From Myxococcales bacterium (GTDB taxonomy: Bacteria; Myxococcota_A; UBA9160; SMWR01), in assembly GCA_029863845.1 (NCBI GenBank), contig JAOTUO010000001.1, positions 3,664 through 67,663 of the forward strand: a stretch of DNA of 64,000 nucleotides. Reading direction: 5' to 3'. The notes below the pieces were generated by a model, which ran no database searches, was not told where the DNA came from, and saw only the letters and a list, made by a program, of their open reading frames with translations. A program made the translations under genes and the position numbers. This document shows, one piece after another, positions 28,130 through 36,587 of the stretch. Position 1 is the first letter of the stretch; every line of letters begins with the position of its first letter.

Positions 28130-28942
28130 ATGTCCGAGCCCTCCCCTCTCCTCCTCGAGCGCGACGCCGGCGTCGCGATCCTGACCTTCAACGATCCCGA
28201 GCGTCGCAACGCCATGACCCAGGCCATGGGCGAGGCCGTCGCCGAGTGCGTGGCCGACCTCGCCGCCGACCGGGAGCTGCGCGCCGTCGTCCTCACCGGA
28301 GCCGGCCGCGCCTTCTCGGCCGGGGGCGACCTCGGGATGATCGGCTCGCGCGCCCGGGAGGGAACGCAGCGACCCGGCGTCGCGCGCCGCGGCATCCGCG
28401 ACACGATGCGGTCCTTCTACAAGCTCTTCCTGTCGGTACGGGACCTGCCCTGCCCCACCATCGCTGCCGTCAACGGCGCCGCCATCGGAGCCGGACTCTG
28501 CGTCGCGCTGGCCTGCGACGTCCGGGTCGCCTCCGCCGAGGCCAAGCTGGGCCTGAACTTCACGGTGCTCGGGCTGCATCCGGGGATGGGCGCCACCTGG
28601 ACGCTTCCCCGGCTCGTGGGGCCGGCACTCGCGGCCGAGATCCTCTTCTCGGGTCGGGTGTTCCGGGGCGAGGAGGCTGCCCGCATGGGTCTGGTGAACC
28701 GCGTCGTCGCGCCCGACGCCGTACTCCCGACCGCCCGCGAGCTCGCCGCCGAGTTCGCCGCCAGCGCGCCCCTGGCCGTCCGGGCCGTCAAGCGCGCCCT
28801 CGCCCGCTCCCCCTACGTGAGCCTCGAAGATCAACTCAGCTTCGAGGCCGAGGAGCAGGCGGCCTGCTTCGAGACACAGGACGTCCGCGAAGGACTCGCC
28901 GCCGCCAAGGAAAGACGCCCCCCCCGCTTCCAGGGCCGCTGA
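28130..28942 (+). CDS. Enoyl-CoA hydratase/isomerase (crotonase) family protein
   Basis: VAILTFNDPERRNAM, VVLTGAGRAFSAGGDL and PTIAAVNGAAIGAGLCVALACD. Confidence 0.9.
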   Translation: MSEPSPLLLERDAGVAILTFNDPERRNAMTQAMGEAVAECVADLAADRELRAVVLTGAGRAFSAGGDLGMIGSRAREGTQRPGVARRGIRDTMRSFYKLFLSVRDLPCPTIAAVNGAAIGAGLCVALACDVRVASAEAKLGLNFTVLGLHPGMGATWTLPRLVGPALAAEILFSGRVFRGEEAARMGLVNRVVAPDAVLPTARELAAEFAASAPLAVRAVKRALARSPYVSLEDQLSFEAEEQAACFETQDVREGLAAAKERRPPRFQGR

Positions 28943-28965
28943 CGCCGCCCGGCCGGGCCACGTGA

Positions 28966-29157
28966 CGCAGCGACGAGCCAGGGCGAGGGCCGAAGGGGAC
29001 CCCGCAGCGAAATCAAGCGCAGGCCATCAATGCCTTGGCAAGGCGGCGCAGCCGCCGCGCAGTGAGCCGCAGGCGAACGAAGTCAGACTCCTGAGGATGG
29101 CCGAGCCATTCGCGGAGGGGTCCCCTTCGGCCCTCGCCCCGCTGCCGCGTCGCTGCG
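28966..29157 (+). repeat. Hairpin-bracketed conserved-core intergenic element, copy A
   Basis: The ~120-nt core (29001-29120) is flanked by complementary arms. CGCAGCGACG..GGGCGAGGGCCGAAGGGGACCCC (28966-29002) pairs with GGGGTCCCCTTCGGCCCTCGCCC..CGTCGCTGCG (29117-29157). It fills most of the convergent spacer between the crotonase and yqeY stops. Confidence 0.85.
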
Positions 29158-29166
29158 CTGGGGCGC

Positions 29167-29616
29167 TCAGTCGCCGGCCAGGAGGCGGCGGGCGATCTGG
29201 CTCACGAGCTTGCCGTCGGCGGCCGGGCCGAGGCGCTCCAGGGCCGGCTTCATCACGCGCCCCATCTCCTTCGGACTCGTCGCGCCCACCTCGGCGATCG
29301 TCGCGCGCACGACCCGCTCGATCTCGGCCTCGTCGGGGGCCGCCGGCAGATAGGCCTCCAGAACGGCCCGTTCCGCCCCCTCCTTCTCCACCAGATCGTC
29401 CCGCCCGGCGTTTCGGAACTGCTCGATCGAGTCGATTCGCTGCTTCACGAGACCGCGAATCACGCGCAGGATGCCCTCGTCACCCAGCAACTCGCCGATC
29501 TCGATCTCCTTGTTGCGCACCGCGCCCCGGACGCCGCGGATCGTCTCCAGGCGCAGGGTGTCCCGACTCCGCAGGGCCTCCTTCATGTCGGCTTCCAGAC
29601 GGTCTCGAAGGTGCAT
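29167..29616 (-). CDS. GatB/YqeY domain-containing protein
   Basis: ORF 29167..29751 trimmed to ATG 29616. MHLRDRLEADMKEALRSRDTLRLETIRGVRGAVRNKEIE is a typical YqeY N-terminus. Confidence 0.85.
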   Translation of the reverse strand: MHLRDRLEADMKEALRSRDTLRLETIRGVRGAVRNKEIEIGELLGDEGILRVIRGLVKQRIDSIEQFRNAGRDDLVEKEGAERAVLEAYLPAAPDEAEIERVVRATIAEVGATSPKEMGRVMKPALERLGPAADGKLVSQIARRLLAGD

Positions 29617-29880
29617 GTTTCTCGTCTTCTTCACCGCCGACCGCGATTTCGTGTGATCCGTCTCACCGAATCGGACTCGGGCTGTGCTAACCCTCAAGTG
29701 TTGGGGAGTTTGTTCGAAAGAGAAGCATAGGTTTGTCCAACCACGGGGCAAAGGGGGAGAGACCTCGTGAGTCGCGCACTTCGTACGCCGAGTCTCTGGC
29801 TGGTTCTGACCTGGGCGGGGCTGATCCTGCTCATGGCCCGGACCTACGCCTAGGCCGCTCGAACACCCGATCCACCCCCG

Positions 29881-30327
29881 TCAGGCCGGCAAGGCCTCGA
29901 CCGGCCCCAGGATCTCCATCGCGTTGAAGAAATAGGCGATCTCCAGGCGTGCCGTCTCGGGCGCGTCGGAGCCGTGGACCGCGTTGCGCTCGATGTCCGT
30001 CCCGAAATCGCCGCGGATCGTCCCGGGCGCCGCCTGGGTGGAATCGGTGGGCCCCATCAGCTCCCGATTCCGGGCGATGGCATCGGGTCCCTCCAGGACG
30101 CTCGCGACGACGGGTCCCGACGTCATGAACTTCACCAGGTTGCCGTAGAAGGGCCGCTCCTTGTGGACGGCGTAGAACCCCCGCGCCTGCGCCTCCGTGA
30201 GCCTCAGCTTCTTGAGCGCGACGACCTGAAGTCCCGCCTGCTCGAAGCGGCGCAGGATCTCGCCCGTGGCGGCTTTCGCCACGGCATCCGGCTTCACGAT
30301 CGAAAGCGTCCTTTGCGTCTCGGCCAT
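29881..30327 (-). CDS. ndk: Nucleoside-diphosphate kinase
   Basis: ORF trimmed to ATG 30327. [20 protein letters not shown] and [10 protein letters not shown] contain the active-site His motif. Confidence 0.95.
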   Translation of the reverse strand: MAETQRTLSIVKPDAVAKAATGEILRRFEQAGLQVVALKKLRLTEAQARGFYAVHKERPFYGNLVKFMTSGPVVASVLEGPDAIARNRELMGPTDSTQAAPGTIRGDFGTDIERNAVHGSDAPETARLEIAYFFNAMEILGPVEALPA

Positions 30328-30409
30328 CAACCGATCTCCTCGCTGGGGGCGGCAGAGCATACCGGCACCGTGGAAGCGAATCGACTCGACCGTCGATCCC
30401 GCCGGACCG

Positions 30410-31744
30410 TCATTCGACGTAGCCGAGCGCGCGCAGTCGCTCCCGCTGCTCTTCGCTGGCGACCGGCGCCGCCTCGGGTTGCCGTCGGCTGCGCAGGTCG
30501 GCGAGGCGCCGCACGCGCTCGTCGAGCTCTAGACGCAATTCAGCGTCGCTCTCCGGCTTGGCTTCGAACAGGTTCGAAGCCTCGCGGGGATCGTCCCGCC
30601 AGTCGAAGAGCAGCGGGTCCCCGGCGGCGCCCCTGTGGATGACGTGCCGGCCCCCGTGGATGGCGCTGTAGAGGTCCACGAGCGGATCCTCGCTGAACAG
30701 AGTACGCGGCGGCCGGTCGGCTCCGCGCCCCTCTATGAAGGGGAGCAGGGACACGCCCTCGACCGCAGGCGCCGGGATTCCCAGCAGGTCGAGCAGGGTC
30801 GGCATCACGTCGGCGAGCGCCGCGGGCTGGGTCACCACGCGGCGTTCGAGCCCGGGCCCGGCCATGATCCACGGCACGCGCAGGCTCTCGATGAACTGCG
30901 TGTTGCGGTGACCGATCTGGCCGTGTTCGAGGAACTCCTCGCCGTGATCCGAGACGACGACCACGATCGTGTTCCGCAGGCGCCCTTCGCTTTCGAGGCG
31001 CTCGAAGAAGGCGCCGAGGAGGTCGTCGGCGTAGCGGATGCCCGCGTCATAGCGATCGGAGAGAAATCGGGCCTGGCCGGGCGTGAGCGCCATGCCGTTG
31101 TAGTGGGGGTTCCCGCAGCGATCGCGCGTTTCGATCCGGTCGGCGGCCGGGCTCCGGTCGAAGAGCCGCGCATAGCGCGGCGGCGGGTGGTACGGACAGT
31201 GTACGTCGTAGGTGTGGACGAACCAGAAGTAGCGCTCCTCCGGAGCGAGCTGGCGGGCGACGCGAACCACGAGGTCGAGGGCGGTGCGCAGATCGAGCGG
31301 CTTGAGACCGTAGCGGTCGAAGCCTCGATCGAATCCGTGGCTCCCGTCCAGGAATCCCCCGCCGGTGACACCGAAGGTCCGGTAGCCGTGCTGCTTCAAC
31401 ACTTCGGTCAGCGTCGGGATCCCCGTCTGCATCTTGTCTCGGGGACCGGTCACGCCGTGGAAGGAGGGCGGCAGTCCGGTGAAGAGGGTCACGTGGGCGG
31501 GCAGCGTCCAGTTGGAATCCGCGATCACCGTCTCGAACCGCACACCCCGCGCCGCCAGTGCGTCGAGGTGGGGGCTGGTGTTCCGCTCGTAGCCGTAGGC
31601 GCCGAGGCGGTCCGCCCGCAGCGTGTCGATGGAGACGAGGATCAGGTTCGGCTGCGCCGCCTCGCGATCGGCGCAGGCGCCGCTCACGCCGGCCACCAGG
31701 AGCGCAGGGACGATCCAGGCGCGGGGGCGTCTCGTTCGATTCAC
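30410..31744 (-). CDS. Sulfatase-like hydrolase/transferase (alkaline-phosphatase superfamily), secreted
   Basis: ORF 30410..32638 trimmed to GTG 31744 (GTGA overlap with the upstream qor stop). After a signal peptide come [20 protein letters not shown] and [11 protein letters not shown] saw no canonical C/S-x-P-x-R formylglycine motif. Confidence 0.8.
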   Translation of the reverse strand: MNRTRRPRAWIVPALLVAGVSGACADREAAQPNLILVSIDTLRADRLGAYGYERNTSPHLDALAARGVRFETVIADSNWTLPAHVTLFTGLPPSFHGVTGPRDKMQTGIPTLTEVLKQHGYRTFGVTGGGFLDGSHGFDRGFDRYGLKPLDLRTALDLVVRVARQLAPEERYFWFVHTYDVHCPYHPPPRYARLFDRSPAADRIETRDRCGNPHYNGMALTPGQARFLSDRYDAGIRYADDLLGAFFERLESEGRLRNTIVVVVSDHGEEFLEHGQIGHRNTQFIESLRVPWIMAGPGLERRVVTQPAALADVMPTLLDLLGIPAPAVEGVSLLPFIEGRGADRPPRTLFSEDPLVDLYSAIHGGRHVIHRGAAGDPLLFDWRDDPREASNLFEAKPESDAELRLELDERVRRLADLRSRRQPEAAPVASEEQRERLRALGYVE

Positions 31745-32721
31745 GCGACGCGGAGCACGACCTTGCCGAAGTGCTCGCTCGCCTTCACCAGGCGGTGGGC
31801 TTCGGGGGCCTGTTCGAGGGGCAGCACGCGGTCCACGATCGGCCGGATCTCGCCCTGGTCGAGGGCCGCTCCGAAGCGCCCGCGGAACGCCGCCGCGATC
31901 GCCGCCTTCTCCGGCGCCGGACGCGCGCGCAGCGTCGAGCCGATCACCTCGAGCCGCCGCACGAGAAGCGGCCCGAGGCCGATCTCGGCGCGAGCGCCGC
32001 CCATCAAGCCGATCAGGACTAGCTTCCCGCCCACGGCGAGGGCGGCGAGGTTCTTCTCCAGGTAGGGCGCTCCGATCGAGTCGAGGACGACGTCCACGCC
32101 GCGCCCGCCGGTCGCGCGCCGGGCCGCCTCGACGAAGTCGCCCGTTCGGTAGTTCACGGCGAGGTCGGCACCGAGCTCGAGGCAGCGGCGGCACTTCTCC
32201 TCCGAGCCCGCGGTCACGACGACGGTCCCGCCCGCGGCCTTGACGAGCTGGATCGACGCGGTGCCGATCCCGCTGCCGCCTCCGTGCACGAGCACCGCAC
32301 CCCCTTCGGGCAGCGCCCCGAGCCGGAAGACGTTCAGAAAGACGGTGAGGAAGACCTCCGGCACGGCCGCGGCCTCTTCCAGGGAGAGCCGGCCGGGCAC
32401 GTGCAGCGCGGAGCCGGCGTGGACGACGACCTCCTCGGCGTAGCCCCCGCCCGCCAGCAGCGCCATCGCCCGGTCGCCCGCCCGCCAGCCCTCCACGTCG
32501 GTCGCTACCTCGACGACCTCTCCCGCGCACTCGAGGCCGAGGATCTCCGACGCACCCGGCGGCGGCGGATAGAGCCCCTGTCGCTGGAGCAGGTCCGCGC
32601 GGTTGACCGCGGTGGCAGCGACGCGGATCCGGATGCACCCCGGCTCGAGGACCGGCGCGGGCACCTCGCCCAGGTGCATGGCGGACTCGTCTCCCGGTGC
32701 GTCGATGACGATGGCCTTCAC
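31741..32721 (-). CDS. NADPH:quinone oxidoreductase (zeta-crystallin/MDR family)
   Basis: ORF 31741..33300 trimmed to GTG 32721 (VKAIVIDAPG...). AVNRADLLQRQGLYPPPPGAS, VLVHGGGSGIGTASIQL and HFGKVVL. Confidence 0.9.
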   Translation of the reverse strand: MKAIVIDAPGDESAMHLGEVPAPVLEPGCIRIRVAATAVNRADLLQRQGLYPPPPGASEILGLECAGEVVEVATDVEGWRAGDRAMALLAGGGYAEEVVVHAGSALHVPGRLSLEEAAAVPEVFLTVFLNVFRLGALPEGGAVLVHGGGSGIGTASIQLVKAAGGTVVVTAGSEEKCRRCLELGADLAVNYRTGDFVEAARRATGGRGVDVVLDSIGAPYLEKNLAALAVGGKLVLIGLMGGARAEIGLGPLLVRRLEVIGSTLRARPAPEKAAIAAAFRGRFGAALDQGEIRPIVDRVLPLEQAPEAHRLVKASEHFGKVVLRVA

Positions 32722-32773
32722 GCCGCGCAGCTTACAAGAGCCGTTGCCACCGCGCCGAACCCCGGTGCGCAGC

Positions 32774-32934
32774 GAGGTCCGGAGCCGCAGGGATCCCGCA
32801 GCGAAATCAAGCGCAGGCCAAACCAATCTTCGCAAGGCGGCGCAGCCGCCGCGCAGTGAGCCGCAGGCGAACGAAGTCAGACTGCTGAGGATGGCCGAGC
32901 CATTCGCGGAGGGATCCCTGCGGCTCCGGACCTC
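32774..32934 (+). repeat. Hairpin-bracketed conserved-core intergenic element, copy B
   Basis: Perfect 24-bp inverted arms: GAGGTCCGGAGCCGCAGGGATCCC (32774-32797) and GGGATCCCTGCGGCTCCGGACCTC (32911-32934). They enclose a core identical to copy A apart from an 11-nt patch and one substitution. Confidence 0.9.
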
Positions 32935-32986
32935 TGAACTACGTCGCATACAATGGCTTTGCGCCAGACTGCTAGCCTCCCGCGGC

Positions 32987-33985
32987 GTGACGCGAAACTG
33001 GCGCCTCCACCGGCTGCCGCGCCGGACGCTCGCGCTCGTTGCGTTGGCAGCGATTGCGTCGCCGCTCCGGGCCGCCGAGATCGACAGCGTGACGTCGCGA
33101 AACGCGCCGCTGCGCGACTCGTCGAAGCCCCTGGACGCGCGGATCCACGACGCCCTGCGCACCGCCGTCGAGCGCGCCAACGAGCGCGGCTCCGATTGCG
33201 ACCCGCAGGACCTCACCCGGCAGCTGCGACGGGCCCTGTCCGTCCCCTTCATCGGGCACGCGATCGCCGAGGACCTCAACGACGCCGACGATCTGGACAC
33301 GAGACGCGTGGCCTTCCGCGATTCGATCTACCGGGACCTGGGGGTCTTCGATGCCATCAGCGTCCATCTCAAGGATCTGAGCGCGGTGATCCGACTCGGT
33401 GACGACCTCGTCGGCGTCGACAAGATCGGGCACTTCTTCGTCCAGGGCTGGACGTACTTCGAGATCGCATACCTGAAGGGAGACGGGATCGAGGCGGCCA
33501 TGGACTGGGGGGAGCGGGCCGAGCGAACGTACTTCGGCCTCTACACCACGGGGATCTACTCCTACGCGGACCTGTCGGCGAACTTCGAGGGCATGCGCTT
33601 CTGGCTGCGGCTGCTGGGGCCGGAGCCGGACCCCCTCGATCGGGGTTGGCGCTTCAACCGGCCCGCCGTCACCTGCGGCAAGCGCTTCTGGACGCGCGAG
33701 TCCTACTGGCGAATCCGCCGGAAGCCGCGCCTGTCGCGGTACGTGAGCGGAGCCTGGGACGAGGGCGTGAACTGCTCCCGGTACCGCAATCCCGAGATCG
33801 AGGCGCTGGTCGCCGACCGGATCGCAGAGCGCGAGGCGGCGGACGCCGCCTCCTACGCCTGCCCGATTCGACCGGACGCGTGCGTGGAAGCGCGGGAGCG
33901 ATACGGGCCCTACGCGGATCGGCTGCTGCATCCGCGCTGCGCCGCCGCAGAGCGCCCGCCGCGCCCGTGGTGGAAGTTCTGGTAG
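32987..33985 (+). CDS. Hypothetical secreted protein
   Basis: ORF 32603..33985 trimmed to GTG 32987 so that it starts outside repeat copy B. It has a signal-like RRTLALVALAAIASPLRAAEI. Later regions (DKIGHFFVQGWTYFE, YSYADLSANFEGMRFW) match no family I recognise. The start is uncertain. Confidence 0.55.
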   Translation: MTRNWRLHRLPRRTLALVALAAIASPLRAAEIDSVTSRNAPLRDSSKPLDARIHDALRTAVERANERGSDCDPQDLTRQLRRALSVPFIGHAIAEDLNDADDLDTRRVAFRDSIYRDLGVFDAISVHLKDLSAVIRLGDDLVGVDKIGHFFVQGWTYFEIAYLKGDGIEAAMDWGERAERTYFGLYTTGIYSYADLSANFEGMRFWLRLLGPEPDPLDRGWRFNRPAVTCGKRFWTRESYWRIRRKPRLSRYVSGAWDEGVNCSRYRNPEIEALVADRIAEREAADAASYACPIRPDACVEARERYGPYADRLLHPRCAAAERPPRPWWKFW

Positions 33986-34073
33986 CGCCGTAGGCGAGGG
34001 GAGTTCAGGCCTCAGAACGCCAGGCGCTCCGCGCGCGCGATCTTCACGAGCGCGCCGGCGTCGAGGCGGGAGC

Positions 34074-35300
34074 TCAGCAGTGGCGGCGCTTGGTGAGCAG
34101 GATCAGCCGCGCGTAGGCCCTGGCGATGCCGTCGCACACGGCGCCGAGCGCCGCGATCGAGCTCTCTGCCAGCGGGTGGGGGCCGTTGTCCACGTACAGG
34201 AGGTTCAGAACGCGGTCGCGAATTCGCACCGGGAAGATCGCCGCTTCGCGCACGTCGCAGCGGCCGATGGCGCGGAAGAGCTGCACGTCGATCCCATCCG
34301 GTGGAAGCGCACCCCGGAAGGCCTCGCCCTCGGTGACCGTCGCGGCCAGCACGCTGGCGGAAGCGAGCGGAACGAAGAGGCCGTCGGTGTTTCGGGGCAC
34401 GCTCGAACCCACGGCGCCGCAGCCGCGGATCACGTCCCGGCGCACGACGAAGAGGGCCGCCGCCGCGGCGTAGCTGCGGGCCAGGCGGAGCGCGCAGTCG
34501 CTGATGACTTCACGGTCGGGCGCCCTCGCGAGCCGGACCTCGAGCTCGGCGACCTCCTCGGGCTCGAGCGGCCGCACGTCCGCCGCGGGCGCAGCCTCGG
34601 CGCCGGAGACGCCCTCGGAGACCACCTCCGAGAGAACCATCGCCTCGGACGCCTCAGCGGTCTCGGCCGTCCGCTCGGAGTGGAGGCTCGAGAAGGTCTC
34701 CGCGTCGATCAGCTCCTCCTCGGCTTCCAGGGGGCGAAGACCCCAGGCCACGCGCTCCTTCGCCGCCTCCTCCACCTCCTCGGGCACCTCGGGGCGGGCC
34801 GCGGGCGGGGGCCGCTGCTTCCGGCTGCGCCCCTGCGCCCATTCGGGGCTCAGGTAGGCGAAGCGCCCTTCCCGCGGGATGCCCAGAAAGCGCTCGCGCA
34901 GGAAGGCCAGGTGTGCGTCCGACAGGAGGTAGGGCCGGATCCGGAGCCCGGTGGCGAAGCTCACCTCGTCCATGGCCGTCGGGTGATGAGGATCCGCCAT
35001 GGCCAGGTGGAGCGTCTTGTACTCCACGGCGAGCGGAAAAATCATGTGACGCTGGGCCAGGAGCGGCGGCAGCGATGCCAGGGCCTCGGGGCTCGGCTGC
35101 TCCACCCAGGCCTTCGGGGGCGTCTCGATGCCGAGGTGCTCGGCCAGGTGTCGGTCCAGCTCCTCGATCCCCAGGTAGCCGAGGTCCACCAGGTTCGTGC
35201 CCAGGCGCCCGCCCACCACGACCAGGTACTGGGTCGCCTCCTCGAGCTCGCTCTGGGTGAGAACGCGCTTGCGCGCGAGGAACTTTCCAAATGACTCCAC
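34074..35300 (-). CDS. GspE/MshE N-terminal (T2SSE_N) domain protein with acidic linker and GAF-like C-terminal domain; no ATPase domain
   Basis: GTG start at 35300. FGKFLARKRVLTQSELEEATQYLVVVGGRLGTNLVDLGYLGIEELDRHLAEHLGI and LHLAMADPHHPTAMDEVSFATGLRIRPYLL fit the T2SSE_N pattern. The call on the C-terminal ~140 aa is tentative. Confidence 0.6.
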   Translation of the reverse strand: MESFGKFLARKRVLTQSELEEATQYLVVVGGRLGTNLVDLGYLGIEELDRHLAEHLGIETPPKAWVEQPSPEALASLPPLLAQRHMIFPLAVEYKTLHLAMADPHHPTAMDEVSFATGLRIRPYLLSDAHLAFLRERFLGIPREGRFAYLSPEWAQGRSRKQRPPPAARPEVPEEVEEAAKERVAWGLRPLEAEEELIDAETFSSLHSERTAETAEASEAMVLSEVVSEGVSGAEAAPAADVRPLEPEEVAELEVRLARAPDREVISDCALRLARSYAAAAALFVVRRDVIRGCGAVGSSVPRNTDGLFVPLASASVLAATVTEGEAFRGALPPDGIDVQLFRAIGRCDVREAAIFPVRIRDRVLNLLYVDNGPHPLAESSIAALGAVCDGIARAYARLILLTKRRHC

Positions 35301-35364
35301 GGAGACCCTCGCAGCACGAGACGCTTCGACGCCCTACTTCGGCAGTCCGAAAGCGGGGCCTTAA

Positions 35365-36459
35365 TCAGGGACGCACGGCGATGACGATGTCGAAGTATCC
35401 GGCCGGATCGGCGTGCAGCGACGAGAGGGTGGCGTCGTCGGATCGGACCTTGATCGTGTGGGACGCCACGACGCCGCCCTCGACGTTGATGCGGAAGTAC
35501 CGCGAGAGATTCCACTCGAAGCCGACCCCGGCCAGCACCTGCCGGTCGCGCAGATTCAGCGGGCCGGCGACGCCGGCCCGGTCTACGAGCCGAAAACTCT
35601 CGGTGGTGACGTAGCCCGCGGCAAACAGCTCCAGGCGATTCGTCAGCCGGTACTCGATCTGGCCACCGATGCCGCGATTGCGCACCGTGAGTCGCTTCGT
35701 AGGATCCCAGCGGATCGTGCCGACGGGTGTCACCTTGACGCCGCTCCCGATGAGTCGGCTTTCGAGGCGCGCACCGAGGGCCATGCGCAGACGTGCGTTC
35801 TGATAGCCGAGGCTGAGGATCCCGCCTCCGGTCGATCCCTGCTCGAAGTTGTCGTCCTCCCAGCGCGAGCGCCCGTAGGCCGCGCCGATCAGCGACCAGG
35901 ACTCGCCGTCGACGAACAGGTACCCGCCGTCGTTGATCCGATACGCGCCCTGAAGGGACAGGAGCGCCTCATAGAGCCCGTCGATGGGATCGCCCGAGGT
36001 CGGGCCCAGGCCGAAGAGATCGCTGGTTCCGCTGAAGTCGTAGTGGCTGCCCCCGGCCTTCCCCGTGATCTGGAGGACCCCGCGATCCGAGACCGGCAGG
36101 GTCACGCGCAAGCGGGCGCCGGGGCTGTAGAGGGCGACGTCCGCAGAGCCGAAGTCGCTGCGGGGGACGAAGTGCGATCGCAGGCTCAGCCGGACCGCAT
36201 CCCGATAGCGGACCTGGGGAAAGATCGGAGTCCCGACGTTCTCGGGATCGTCTTCCTGCGAGTGGATGACCGTCGCCTTCCGCTCGACTGCGATCGAGGC
36301 TTCGGTCTCGGGCGAGGCTTCGGCTGAGGCTTCGGTGTCGGGCGAAGCTTCGGCCGAGGCTTCGCGAGCGGGGCCGTCGCCGCCCTCCACCGCATCCTGT
36401 GCCGAAGCGGTCGCCGCGGCGAGCAGCACGAGCACAGCGGCGGCTCCCGCCCGCCGCAA
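35365..36459 (-). CDS. Putative outer-membrane beta-barrel protein
   Basis: This is the C-terminal part of ORF 35365..38088. TTG 36459 gives MRRAGAAAVLVLLAAATASAQD, a signal peptide. Alternating-hydrophobic strands follow throughout (GVLQITGKAGGSHYDF, WSLIGAAYGRS, GILSLGYQNARLRMALGARLE, LELFAAGYVTTESFRL). Start codon choice is uncertain. Confidence 0.55.
   Translation of the reverse strand: MRRAGAAAVLVLLAAATASAQDAVEGGDGPAREASAEASPDTEASAEASPETEASIAVERKATVIHSQEDDPENVGTPIFPQVRYRDAVRLSLRSHFVPRSDFGSADVALYSPGARLRVTLPVSDRGVLQITGKAGGSHYDFSGTSDLFGLGPTSGDPIDGLYEALLSLQGAYRINDGGYLFVDGESWSLIGAAYGRSRWEDDNFEQGSTGGGILSLGYQNARLRMALGARLESRLIGSGVKVTPVGTIRWDPTKRLTVRNRGIGGQIEYRLTNRLELFAAGYVTTESFRLVDRAGVAGPLNLRDRQVLAGVGFEWNLSRYFRINVEGGVVASHTIKVRSDDATLSSLHADPAGYFDIVIAVRP
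36296..36366. repeat. 30-bp in-frame tandem repeat inside the OMP gene (encodes EASAEASP(D/E)T repeats)
   Basis: GAGGCTTCGG recurs at 36296 and 36326, with a partial copy at 36356. It sits just after the signal peptide in the minus-strand protein. Confidence 0.8.
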
Positions 36460-36587
36460 TGGCCGAGCAAGACACTGCCCGGATACAAACAAATCAGCGC
36501 CCCCCGGGCCGGGATCGTAGCCGCCCGCCTCCGGGGTCGCCCGCCTCCGGCCGCGCGCGTCGCGCGAGCGCGCGGCCGCCGCAACGC

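Noticed and set aside
28962-29690. Shared peptide ..AAQPPRSEPQANEVRLLRMAEPFAEG.. in ORFs 28962..29690 (+), 32603..33985 (+) and 57798..59867 (-), suggesting a small conserved protein or domain.
   Set aside because: The similarity is confined to the repeat core. The downstream translations are unrelated: they run antisense into yqeY, into an unrelated gene, and antisense into the desaturase. The AGG sits directly against the ATG, which is bad SD spacing. The conservation is best explained at the nucleotide or structure level.
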